Below, one piece after another: positions 48,561 through 60,600 of a DNA stretch of 64,000 bases; the stretch's first letter is position 1, and each line of letters begins with the position of its first letter. The notes under the pieces were generated by a model. That model was not told the origin of the DNA, ran no database searches, and saw only the letters and a program-made list of their open reading frames with translations. The DNA is from Mytilus trossulus (taxonomy: Eukaryota). A program made the position numbers and the translations under genes. The DNA is taken from positions 26,970,001-27,034,000 of the forward strand of contig NC_086378.1 in assembly GCF_036588685.1 (NCBI RefSeq), in the 5' to 3' direction.

Positions 48561-48898
48561 AACTGACTAAATAATTAAAGCATACAAATAAATCTACAAA
48601 GACAACACAAATAGCAAAGACGCTAATCAAAATGTGTTTAGTACTATGACACAGTACACTCCATTTGGTCTGAACGAGGTTACTAGTTCGAACTGAATAT
48701 ACGAATAAGGATAAGAATTTCATAAGTTTAAAATCCAAACAATAGCATTGTTTCTAAATAAACAGACCATATGTATACGAGATACTGCTTCATCGTTGAC
48801 CTAAAACTGTACCAAACCTATGTCTGACTCAAGACTTACGGTGAAGACAGAAACGGCACCATGCAATGTCCATCAAATTTCCCATAGATATATGGAAA

Positions 48899-49162
48899 AA
48901 CAAGAATGTGTCCATAGTACACAGATGCCTCACTCGCACTATCATTTTCTATTTCAGTAGACCGTTAAATTCGGGTAAAAACTCTAATTTGGCATTGGAA
49001 TTAGAAAGATCATATCATAGATAACATGTTTACTAAATTTCAAGTTGATAAGACTTTAACTTAATCAAGACCTTCATCGACCAAAAACTTTAACCTGAAG
49101 CGGGACAGACGGACGGACGGACGGACGAACGGACGAACAAACTATCGTATGTGGGGCATATA
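48899..49162. mobile_element. Short HINE-like element with an ACGG microsatellite
   Basis: AACAAGAATGTGTCC start; (GACG)n tract; GGGGCATA end. Confidence 0.65.
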
Positions 49163-50079
49163 AATAACTGCTACTAAGGTAAAAAATTGTGAATATTAGA
49201 AATAAAATAAATTCGTTACTTAAACTTATTTCAAGTAGATATCCTTTAACGAAACATAAAATGCATATGTTTTGTAAAATAGAAAGAAAAATAAAGTGGA
49301 AAGCAGACAATTATTCGATGGTAAAAGTAACTCATCATAAAGTTAATCATTATACATGATTGATGATTGTAGAGAAACATATGTTTTTTTACTAATAGAT
49401 GTGAATATTGATCTTTAATTGTCTATAACATTTGATGCTTAAGACATTACTATTTTACATATTACTGTATATTTTGACCAAATGTTTCATTCGATGTTCA
49501 GACCACTGATATTTATTGATCTGTAATTATCTAAAATTCGATGCTGGAGACATTACTGTGTATAAATTGACCAACTGTTACCACTTAATGTAAAGTTATG
49601 TATACATGTTAAGAAAAATCAGATTTATAAAATGTAAGTGGACAATCATTTGATTTTTATGTCGGAACCTGGCAGTTTTTAGAAATAAATATTCTGGTCC
49701 TCATTTAGATGAAAATGAATAATCCTGTTTTCTTACAAATTTTTCAGTCCAAAATATATAGTTTAGCCCAAAATAAATATTTTAGTCCAAAATAAATATT
49801 TTAGTCCAAAATAAATATTCTTGTCGAAATAAATATTCTAGTCCAAAATACTATTTTGTAATCAATTTCAGAGATATCCAATATTAAATGAGCCGATGGT
49901 TATAAACTGGTTCAGACGTAATTAACATACTTTATAAGAATTTATCATTTCTATCGATCATCGCGCCGGGAAGTCGTCAAGAACACAGTATTATTTTATT
50001 AAGGGGACGACCATTTGATATTCTGGGGGGGGGGGGAGCAGGACGATTTTGAAAATAAATAACTCAGTCTTGATAATCA

Positions 50080-50610
50080 CAACTATTGCTCACCTGATTC
50101 TACTTGGGTTTTTGAAATCATATAAAAAAATATAAAATTTTGCTAAAAGTAACAACACAACCTCATAAGTAAAGGAACATTCAGGCTATGTTTGATTTCA
50201 TTTAAAAGTCTCCCGCTGGCTGCCATCTTGGATGATGGATTGGCTACAAAGTAACAACACTTGGTCAGCACCTCATAAGGAACATTCATGCTATGTTTTG
50301 TTTTATTTAATTCAGTTGTTCTCTAAAAGAAGTCATTTGTATGCATTTCCCATAGGGTTCTATGTTAAACTAAGTCCCCCTTGGCGGCCATCTTGGATGA
50401 TGGATCGGCTACAAAGTAACAACACTTGGTCAGCACTTCATAAGGAACATTCATGCCATGTTTGGTTCCATTCCATTCAGTGGTTCTCTAGAAGAAGTTC
50501 AAAATGTAAAAAGTTAAACGACGACGACGGACGACGGACGACGACGACGGACGACGGACGCCAAGTGGTGAGAAAAGCTCACTTGGCACTTTGGGCCAGG
50601 TGAGCTAAAA
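50080..50610 (-). mobile_element. HINE-like element with ~164-bp repeats, nested in a Harbinger-like remnant starting at ~50003
   Basis: GCTCACCTG / CAGGTGAGC subterminal inverted repeat; GACG microsatellite; host GAAAATAAATAACTCAG blocks on both sides. Confidence 0.75.
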
Positions 50611-52459
50611 ATAAATGGTTTGTTCGGTGGTAGTTTGAAAATAAATTACCTGACTTTTAATGTATTGAAAATAAATAACTCAGCAGGTCTAATGGAAAGT
50701 ATGAGATTGCCCCAGATTCTTCATTAATTCATCTTATTTCCCCCAAAAAAAATTGTGAAACACTTCCCACTATTTTTAAAAATAAAACTATGAATATTAT
50801 TTAAATTTACTTGAAATGTCCGAAAATTGGTTTCATTTAACTTGAGGTATATTGTCTCAGGAAACCTCACCTCACTTTTATTTTAACAAGGCCGTAAGTT
50901 AACTACATTGAGTCAAATGCCTCATGTAGGAAATTTCAAAACCAAACGCTTGTTTCCATATCAATTTGTGTTCTAGGCGAGTGTCCTGCAAGAAACCATC
51001 TCTTCTTTCCTTCAGATGTAGCCCTGGTTTTCCAGGATCAATGTTTCTTATTTATTATTGTCTTTTGTTCATTGATTGCCCTTCTGTATTCTGTTAGTGG
51101 TGCATTCCTTTTGTAATCTAGTAATTTTGTTATGAACTTGATCATGAGTTTGAAAAAAAGCAGCCACAGACTTAACTATATGTGAATTCCATTTTTGCTT
51201 TATCATGCACATTGGTCTTTTGTAGTTGTCCCTAGAAACTTAAGTCTTACACTGAATCTTTACATTTTGCTTTGAGACCAAAACATTGCCAAAATATTAT
51301 TAAAACAAAACTTGGCGCTGATTTTCAGTTATGAAAGAGTCTTCGGAACACCCAGAAAGCTTGATTTTGCATCATTTGTTCTATAGCTTCTTGGGCCTTC
51401 AGTGGTCGCGCCGCTCGGCGAAATACGTGTGCCAATACTTTTTAAAAGAGGCTAGTTACAACCAAACTTTAATACTATGTATGTATGCAATTCATGTATA
51501 TACAGTTGAAAATATAAAAGATTAATTACTGCATAGGATGATGATAATTCTGAGTAAATACTACATTATGACTTGACTATACATGTATTATTTATAATAA
51601 GCAAATAATTTAATCAAAGCACTGTAAGCGCTGTAGGCAGTTAACCAAAAACCAAGGCAAACATAATTATGAAATCTGTGGCAATGTTGCTTCAATTTTT
51701 TTTTTAAAGATTTTTAAAAAGAACAATCATTTTATGAATTAATCATTAAGGCAAATAATTTTTTTAAAAGCAACGCATATATCAAGTATATTTTTTTATG
51801 GTGATGAGTCTGCAGTGGAACAAGTTCGCAATGATTGCATTTCTTCTAGTTGATAGTTAACGTTGGTATTAGTTGACTGTTAGTAGTTCAATTTGACTTT
51901 AGTACGAGCTTGTATGAATGGACTTGCTTCCCTGGAAAGATTACTGAGTTTGCGTTCAAACGTTATGAGACACAAATCAGACAAAATGTTTACTACTACA
52001 GGGATCAAAGGTGAGGTCTAATTGACCTGTCCATAGTAAATGTAAATGACCCCCATCTTCACCCCAAGTCTATGATGTCTAAGTTTGGAATAAAATGACA
52101 GGTAATTATAAAAACAGTTGGTCAAACATTCTTGGGCTTGAAAAATATGTTTTCTTTAAAATGAGCCATATGAAAATAATTTTGTTTATAGAACCAGAAA
52201 TAATTCAAATTAAAATTAAGGTAAATTCTTTAAACCTAATAATTATTTTCCATCAATAAATTTTATAATTATCAAAAAAGGAAAAAAACATAACATAATG
52301 CTGTTACGAAGTCTCCCAAACAAAGTTCCCATAATTATTCATTCCCATGGTCACCTGACATTGGGCAAGGTCTAGTACACATTGGTAAGGTCTAGCATAT
52401 GTGACGCCTATGAGATTGGCCTTGGGTGTCATTCAATCTTTTTGAAATGACAAACAGGA

Positions 52460-53905
52460 ATGAATATGAGTTGGTATTTCAATCTTTTACAAGTTTTCAC
52501 AACACACACAAGAGGAAGTGGGGTGACCCTAGGGACTGCCCCTATGTTTCATTTTATTTTTTTATCTTGTCCCATACATATATATATGGTTTAAGGGTGG
52601 GGATCTCCACCGTTATCAAGTTTTAAAACAGGAGGGAGTGTGGTGATCCTTGTAACTACCCCTATATTTCATTTGATTTGTTATATTGTCCAATGCATCA
52701 ATATATATGGTTGAGGGGTGGGGATCTCATCAGTTTTTACGTTATCAAACAGGAGAGGGTATGGTGACCCTAAGGACTCTCCCTATATTTCATTTGATTA
52801 GGTCTCATGTATGAAAATATATGGTTTAATTTAAAGGTGGGGATGTGGATGCAGGGCCGGAATCCCCCTATATTTAATTTAATTTAGAGGTGGGGATCCC
52901 AACTGTTTCCAAATTTTTAAACAGGATGAATGGGGTGACCGCAGGGACTTCCCCTATCTTTCATTTAATTTGTTATATAATCCCATACATGAGTATGTAT
53001 GGTTACGGGGTGAGGATCTCGAATTTTCCCAAGTTCTCAAACAGAAGGGCGTACAGTGACCATAGGGGCCCCCTTATAATTCATTTGATTTGTTATATTG
53101 TCCCATACATGAATGATTTAGAGGTGGGTATCTTGATCGTTACCAAGTTCTCATACAGGAGAAGTGGGTGACCCCAAGGGACCCTCCCTATATTTCATTT
53201 GATTAGTTATATTGTCCCATACATGAATAAATATGGTTTAGAGTTGATTAACTCAAATGTTTCCAAGTTCTCAAACAAGAGAGTGTATAGTGACCCTAGG
53301 GACCCCCTTATAATTCTTTTGATTTCTAATACTAGTATTGTCCAACATGAATATATATTGTGAAGATTTGGGATGTCGACCGTTTTCAAATTCTCAAACA
53401 GTAGGGGAAGCCTGACCCCACGAACTTAACCTATATTTCATATGGTTTGTTATATTGTCCCATGTATGAATATATATGGTTTAGGGTGGGGATCTGGACC
53501 GTTTTCAAGTTCTCAAATAGGAGAGGGTGACCCCCAGGGACGTCCCCTACATATTTCATTTGATTTGTTATTTTGTCCAAAACATTAAGTTATATGGTTC
53601 AGGGGTAGGGATCTCGACCATAACCAAGTTCTCAAACAGGAGGGGTGGGGTGACCCCAGGGACTCCCCCATATTTCATTTTATTATATATATTGTTCCAT
53701 ACATGAATAAATATGGTTAAGGGGTGGGGATCTGTTTCTAAGTTCTAAAACATGAGCGGTGGGTGACCATAGGGGCTTCCCCTATATCTTATTTGATTAG
53801 TTATTTAGTTTCATACATGAATTTATATGGTCATTCATTTCAAAGTTATCAAACAGGAGGGGGTACAGTGGCCCAATGGACTCCACCTATATATCATATG
53901 ATTTG
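52460..53905. repeat. ~120-bp tandem repeat, ~12 diverged copies
   Basis: Recurrent CAAGTTCTCAAACAGGAGGG...TGACCCCAGGGAC...CCTATATTTCATTTGATTTGTTATATTGTCCCATAC. Confidence 0.9.
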
Positions 53906-53943
53906 CTTACATTGAGGTATCATATAATATAGTTGCACTATTT

Positions 53944-54227
53944 GTGCCTGTCCCAAGTCCGAAGCCTGTAATTCAGTGGTTGTCGTGTGTATATTTGTTA
54001 CATATTTGTTTTTCGTTATTTTTTTTATATAAATAAGCCGTAAGTTTTCTCGTTTGAATTATTTTACATTGTCTTATCGGGGCCATTTATAGCTGACTGT
54101 GCGGTAAGTGCTTTGCTCATTGTTAAAGGTGATACGATGACCTGTAGTTGTTAATGTCTGTGTCATTTTGGTATCTTGTGGACAGTTGTCTCATTGGCAA
54201 TCATACAACATCTTCTTTTTTTATATA
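53944..54227 (-). repeat. Interspersed repeat family A, longer copy
   Basis: Matches 4455-4659 plus a GTGCCTGTCCCAAGTC extension. Confidence 0.85.
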
Positions 54228-54439
54228 AGAAACTTCCAGCTATTTTATGATTTTTTTAGTGGATACATGTCGTTATTAACGGAATTATGTCGAAGCATCT
54301 ATAGGTTTCATAGCACAATCAACTATCAGCACAGATGTCCTTTAAAAATTTGATGGAGCATTTTGGGGACAGACAGTTTTTATGTGCATCCTTTATTTCT
54401 GTCCTAAATTATCCCAAAATTTGTATTTTCCATCTGTTA

Positions 54440-54676
54440 GGGAGCTACCATTTGATTTTTATGGGGGGCTAGGATGAAAAATGTTGTCCTGCATTTTTTT
54501 AGCTGTAAACTCTATTCTGCCTTTTTATTTTTCACTCTGTTCGGTCCTGCCTTCTTTTTTTTTTTAGTTTATCCTGACTTTTTTTACCTAAATTGTCGTC
54601 CTGACTTTTTTTTTTTTTGCAAGTGTCTCATCCTGCCCCCCCCCCCCCCCCGCATAAAAATCAAATGGTAGCTCCC
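54440..54676. mobile_element. PIF/Harbinger-type (Tourist-like) MITE, 237 bp
   Basis: Perfect 24-bp TIR GGGAGCTACCATTTGATTTTTATG; TTA TSD at 54437-39 and 54677-79. Confidence 0.9.
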
Positions 54677-54862
54677 TTATAAAATACAGACGGATTATAT
54701 ATCATACACCAGATCGAAAGGCAATTTTTTTTTAAATTAATGACCGAACTCAAAAATGTATATACAGAGTACAAAATGCGAGGAAGAAGGATCAACGCAA
54801 ACCAGGAAGGAAATGAAACTATATATATGGCGTACTCTATGGCTTAAGGCGAAATAACTTTA

Positions 54863-57158
54863 AACTAGAGGCTCTAAAGAGCCTGTGTCGCTCACCTTGG
54901 TCTATGTGCATATTAAACAAAGGACACAAATGGATTCATGACAAAATTGTATTTTGGTGATGGTGATGTGTTTGAAGTTCCTACTTTACTGAACGATTTT
55001 GCTTCTTACAATTATATCTATCATGAACATTGCCCATTAGTAACAAAGAACTATATTTGGTAAAAATTTACATAAATTTACCAAATTAATGAAAATTGTT
55101 AAAAATTGACTATAAAGGGCAATAACTCCTTAAGGGGTCAATTGACCATTTAGGTCATGTTGACTTATTTGTAGATCTTACTTTGCTGAACATTATTGCT
55201 GTTTACAGTTTATCGCTATCTATAATAGTATTCAAGATAACAAAAAAACGGCAAAATTTCTTTAAAAAATACAAATTGGAGGGCAGCAACCCAACAACCA
55301 GTTGTCCAATTCATCTGAAAAATTCAGGGCAGATAGATATTGACTTGATTAACAATTTAACTTCTTGTCAGATTTGCTCTAGATGCTTTGGTTTCATAGT
55401 TATAAGCAAAAAACTGCATTTTACCCCTATGTTCTATTTTTAGCCGTGGCGGCCATCTTGGTTGAATGGCCAGGTCATCGGACACATTTTTCAAACTAGA
55501 TACCCCAAAGATGATTGTGGCCTAGTAGTTTCAGTGGAGATTTTGTAAAAGATTACTTAGATTTATGAAAAATGGTTAAAGATTGACTATAAAGGGCAAT
55601 AACTCCTAAAGGGGTCAACTGACCATTTTGGTCATGTTGACTTATTTGTAGATCTTACTTTGCTGAACATTATTGCTGTTTACAATTTATCTCTATCTAT
55701 AATAATATTCAAGATAATAACCAAAAACAGCAAAATTTCCTCAAAATTACCAATTCAGGGGCAGCAACCCAACAACCGATTGACCGATTCATCTGAAAAT
55801 TTCAGGGCAGATAGTTCTTGACCTGATAAACATTTTTATCCCCATGTCAGATTTTCTCAAAATGCTTTGGTTTTTGAGTTAAGCCAAAAACTGCATTTTA
55901 CCCCTATGTTCTATTTTTAGCGGTGGCGGCCATCTTGGTTGGTTGACCAGGTCACGCCACACATTTTTTAAACTAGATACCCCAAAGATGATTGTGGCCA
56001 AGTTTGGATTAATTTGGCCCATTAGTTTCAGAGGAGAAGATTTTTGTAAAAGATTACTTTAATTTACGAAAAATGGTTAAAAATTGACTATAAAGGGCAA
56101 TAACTCCTAAACGGGTCAACTGACCATTTTGGTCATGTTGACTTATTTGTAGATCTTACTTTGCTGAACATTATTGCTGTTTACAGCTTATCTCTATCTA
56201 TAATAATATTCAAGATAATAACCAAAAACAGCAAAATTTCCTCAAAAATTACCAATTCAGGGGCAGCAACCCAACAACCGATTGACCGATTCATCTGAAA
56301 ATTTCAGGGCAGATAGATCTTGACCTGATAAACATTTTTATCCCTGTCAGATTTCCTCAAAATGCTTTGGTTTTTGAGTTATAAGCCAAAAACTGCATTT
56401 TACCCCTTTGTTCTATTTTTAGCCATGGCGGCCATCTTGGTTGGTTGACCAGATCACGCCACACATTTTTTAAACTAGATACCCCAAAGATGATTGTGGC
56501 CAAGTTTGGATTAATTTGGACAAGTAGTTTCAGAGGAGAAGATTTTTGTAAAAGATTACTTTAATTAACGAAAAATGGTTAAAAATTGACTATAAAGGGC
56601 AATAACTCCTAAACGGGTCAACTGACCATTTTGGTCATGTTGACTTATTTGTAGATCTTACTTTGCTGAACATTATTGCTGTTTACAGTTTATCTCTATC
56701 TATAATAATATTCAAGATAATAACCAAAAACAGCAAAATTTCTTCAAAATTACCAATTCAGGGGCAGCAACCCAACAACCGATTGACCGATTCATCTGAA
56801 AATTTCAGGGCAGATAGTTCTTGACCTGATAAACATTTTTGTCCCCATGTCAGATTTGCTCTAAATGCTTTGGTTTTTGAGTTAAGCCAAAAACTGCATT
56901 TTACCCCTATGTTCTATTTTTAGCCGTGGCGGCCATCTTGGTTGGTTGACCGGGTCACGCCACACATTTTTTAAACTAGATACCCCAATGATGATTGTAG
57001 CCAAGTTTGGTTTGATTTGGCCCAGTAGTTTCAGAGGAGAAGATTTTTGTAAAAGTTAACGACGACGGACGACGACGACGACGACGACGGACGACGGACG
57101 ACGGACGCCAAGTGATGAGAAAAGCTCACTTGGCCCTTCGGGCCAGGTGAGCTAAAAA
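54863..57158 (-). mobile_element. HINE/Helentron-like element with 4 internal ~500-bp tandem units
   Basis: End palindrome AGAGGCTCTAAAGAGCCTGT plus GCTCACCT; other end (GACG)n, GGCCCTTCGGGCC hairpin, AGGTGAGCTAAAAA; units at ~55106, 55583, 56084 and 56586. Confidence 0.88.
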
Positions 57159-57310
57159 CGGAAGATATATTAGATGTTCTGGAAGTCAGAGCGCTAAAGT
57201 CTAAAATTTGACCAAGAATAAGTAGAAATGGTACAAATAAGAACTAATAACGTTTTTCTTTTATGTAAAAATTAAACAATTCTGGTTAACTTATAGGGCT
57301 GGTGTAAAAT

Positions 57311-57577
57311 AGATATAAGAAGATGTGGTATGAGTGCCAATGAGACAACTATCCACCCTAGTAACAATTTTATATAAGTAAATCATTATAGGTAAAAGTA
57401 CGGGCTTCAACACGGAGCTTTGGCTCACACCGAACAACTAGCTAAAAAGGGTTCCAAAAATTATTTGTGTTAAACCATTCACACGGGAAAACCAATGGTC
57501 TAACCTTTATAAAAAAAACGAGAAACACGTATGAATCACATCAACAAATGACAACTACTGAACATCAGATTCCTGAC
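57311..57577 (+). repeat. Interspersed repeat family A variant
   Basis: AAGAAGATGTGGTATGAGTGCCAATGAGACAACT...CAGATTCCTGACTT. Confidence 0.8.
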
Positions 57578-57694
57578 TTCTTAAAGTCCATAAATTAAAT
57601 CAAAATTATCAAATTCAAAGACAGAAATTGACTTTTAAACAGATTCTTACTAAATTAAAATAAATACTTGTCAATATCTTGAATTCGATAAAGC

Positions 57695-60600
57695 CTAAAA
57701 TGTTTGTTTTGGTGCTGTTTTAGGTATAACTAAACTTTTCAGTTGTTCATAACTGGAACCTTTCGTGTACGGTCTGTCGGCATACCCACGTGTTCTTACT
57801 GGGTTGTCCTCTTCAAATCTTGATCCATCAAATTCTTCGTCATCTTTATGTTTATAATTTTCACTGCTAAGAGAGTCTTTCCTTTCGGGCTTTCGATCGT
57901 GCGATCGTTTACTTTCACGTGTTCTATGCTCAGTTTGTGGTTTTTCCTGTTTGCGTTCCTCTTTTTGAGCTGGTGGAGGCCTCTTATCTTCTTTGGCCGT
58001 TGTTTGTTGCACACGGTCAACCTTTTGTACAGTTGGTTCTTTAGCTTCTTGTTTGATTTCTTGATTGCGAGGCGGAAGTGGCTTTCCTCTCCTGTCACTT
58101 GTGGTGAAGATATCAAAGGAATCTATTGATTTCTCTTTTTGAACAATGGCATGAAAATTGTCATCTTGTTGTTTTGCAAGAAGAACTCTTACCTGAAGGG
58201 AAAATATTAGATATTATTGGGTGGTGTTTATTGCAAGACATGGTACAAAATTTAGTCCCTATATGCGTAGCTCCATGTATCACAAAATGATGTTGAGTTC
58301 ACACGTAGTTCGAATTCGATTCGCATTAATTTAACTAATTCGAATTAGTTTTGTTCGCATTCCAAACGTTTTACGTCCTAACGTCAATTCTAATTCGAAT
58401 TCTAATGCGCGTCAAATTCAAATACTGTCCAAACGACGTTAACTTTTAATTCGTAATAACAAAAGCGTATTTCTAATGCGAATCGGATTAAAAAAGAAGA
58501 GTGGGAATGCGATTAGCGAATTTGATTCGCATTCAATTCGAATTCAATTCGTGTGAACGTGGCATGATTATCAGGGTGTCGGAAAACACACAGTGAAAAG
58601 AAATAACTTATTTCGCTTAAACACTTATCGTTTAAACCCAGTAAAGGCTTAGTTTTTAGTTTTCTATGTTGTGTCTTGTGTTATTTGGCTGTTTACATTT
58701 ATCTGTTTTACCCTAGGCCTTTTCAGTTTATTTTCAATCTATGAGTTTGAATGTCCCTCTGGTATCTTTCGTCTGTTTTTTAGATCGAATATTTATACAT
58801 GAGAAATAGTTCTTTTTTATTCAAAGATTTGTTATTTTCTGTATTGTCGCTATATATATTGTTTCCAACGCAATTTTAAAACTCCTTATAATTGCTATGG
58901 TTTTGTTGGCACACCGCGATGAACAGATTATCCTACAGCAAAGGTATTTGTTTATACAAATGCACTAAACTCAAAAACTGATTTGATAAACCGACCACTT
59001 TTTTGTATCAAATAACAAATGATTGTACATAGGGCTTAACCGTATATAAAGGTGTCAAATGGTTAAATCTGTCTTTTCTTTTTATTGAAGTGCCACACTG
59101 TATTGATCTCAGACAATTACGCTACAGATTGAAATTCATTCTCAATGTTAGGATAACTTTGTACAATGCATATTATAAAATTAACATCATATGCAACATA
59201 TAATATACAATTTTGTAAAATACGGGAGGGTAGATATTATGGAACTCTTTTTCATTTTTTTGCATCAGTATTTTTCTGTTTGTGATGTAATCATGTTTTC
59301 TATTCGTTGATGTTTTACTCTTTTTAAATCTTAAATACAAAAAGACATTATAAATTAGGTAAATACCCTTGATGAATCAAATGGTGCACAACAGCAGCAA
59401 ACAGACGCAGATATAAGAGCAAATATTATTTCACAAAATGCAAAAAACATGACCAACAACGGCACTAACCATCGGAAGCCTTCTGGAGTTATCTGATGTC
59501 TCTGAAATAATAAATTTAGGTTTAGATCACAGTATAGTTGATTTCACAGCAAGTAGTGTTTGGTTGTGTCATTAATTCAACACTATTGACCTTTTGCCAA
59601 CTATTGCGCCTGTCCCAAGTCAGGAGACTCTGGTCTTTGTTAGTCTTGTATTATTTAATTTTAGGTTCTTGTGTACAATTTGGAAATTATTATGGCGTTC
59701 ATTATAACTGAACTAGTATATATTTGTTTAGGGGCCAGCTGAAGGACGCCTCCGGGTGCGGGAATTTTTCTTTATATTTTTAAGACTTGTTGGTGACCTT
59801 CTACTGTTGTTTTTTCTATGGTCGGGTTGTTGTCTCTTTGATTCATTCCCCATTTCCATTCTCACTGTTATGTCAATCGGAGACATAAAATCTAATGGTT
59901 GTTATATATTGCCTGTGACCAAGTACACGTACGTCGTGTTATTTTGGGTTTTTTTCCAAGCATTTCGTCTACAAAAAACTCACCATTGGGGATCGAACCA
60001 AAACACTTGCACTGTCAAAAAAATTAATTTAAGGGCATCTGATTCAATAACCAAAAAATCATAAAAGTTTAACCAAAAACATCAAACACATGCTAAGAAC
60101 ATGGATGGAGAGTTGTCTCATTGACCATAATATTTTGAATTTATGTATCAATATTTTGATTTTATTAATAAATATTTTGATTGTTTGAATGAATATATAT
60201 CTAAGTGTTATGAACAATTATTTATTTTTATAAACAATTATTTGTTTGCATGTACATGTACAAAATTAATACTCATTTCAGAACGTATATCAATGTTGTA
60301 TCCATATATAATTTATTTCATGAACACATGTTTTGATTTATTGAATAGATATTTTGTTTTTTATAAACTACTATTCGTTTTTACGAACAATTATTTAATT
60401 TTATGAAGTTCAACATATATTTAGTTTTTTTGTGACTATTGCAACGTTTCACGAGCAATATGTCTTATGATATTTACTGGGTTTTTTCCTATGTATTCAG
60501 TTACTGATTACCTAAATTCATACACTGAACATTTACTGTGCAAAATGTTATTCTTTTCACGGCACACATTTCGCGTTTTCTCATGAACTTAGGAGATCAC

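Noticed and set aside
50232-55443. Short ORFs at 50232, 52890, 54474 and 55183
   Set aside because: All lie within satellites or MITEs and are chance open frames.
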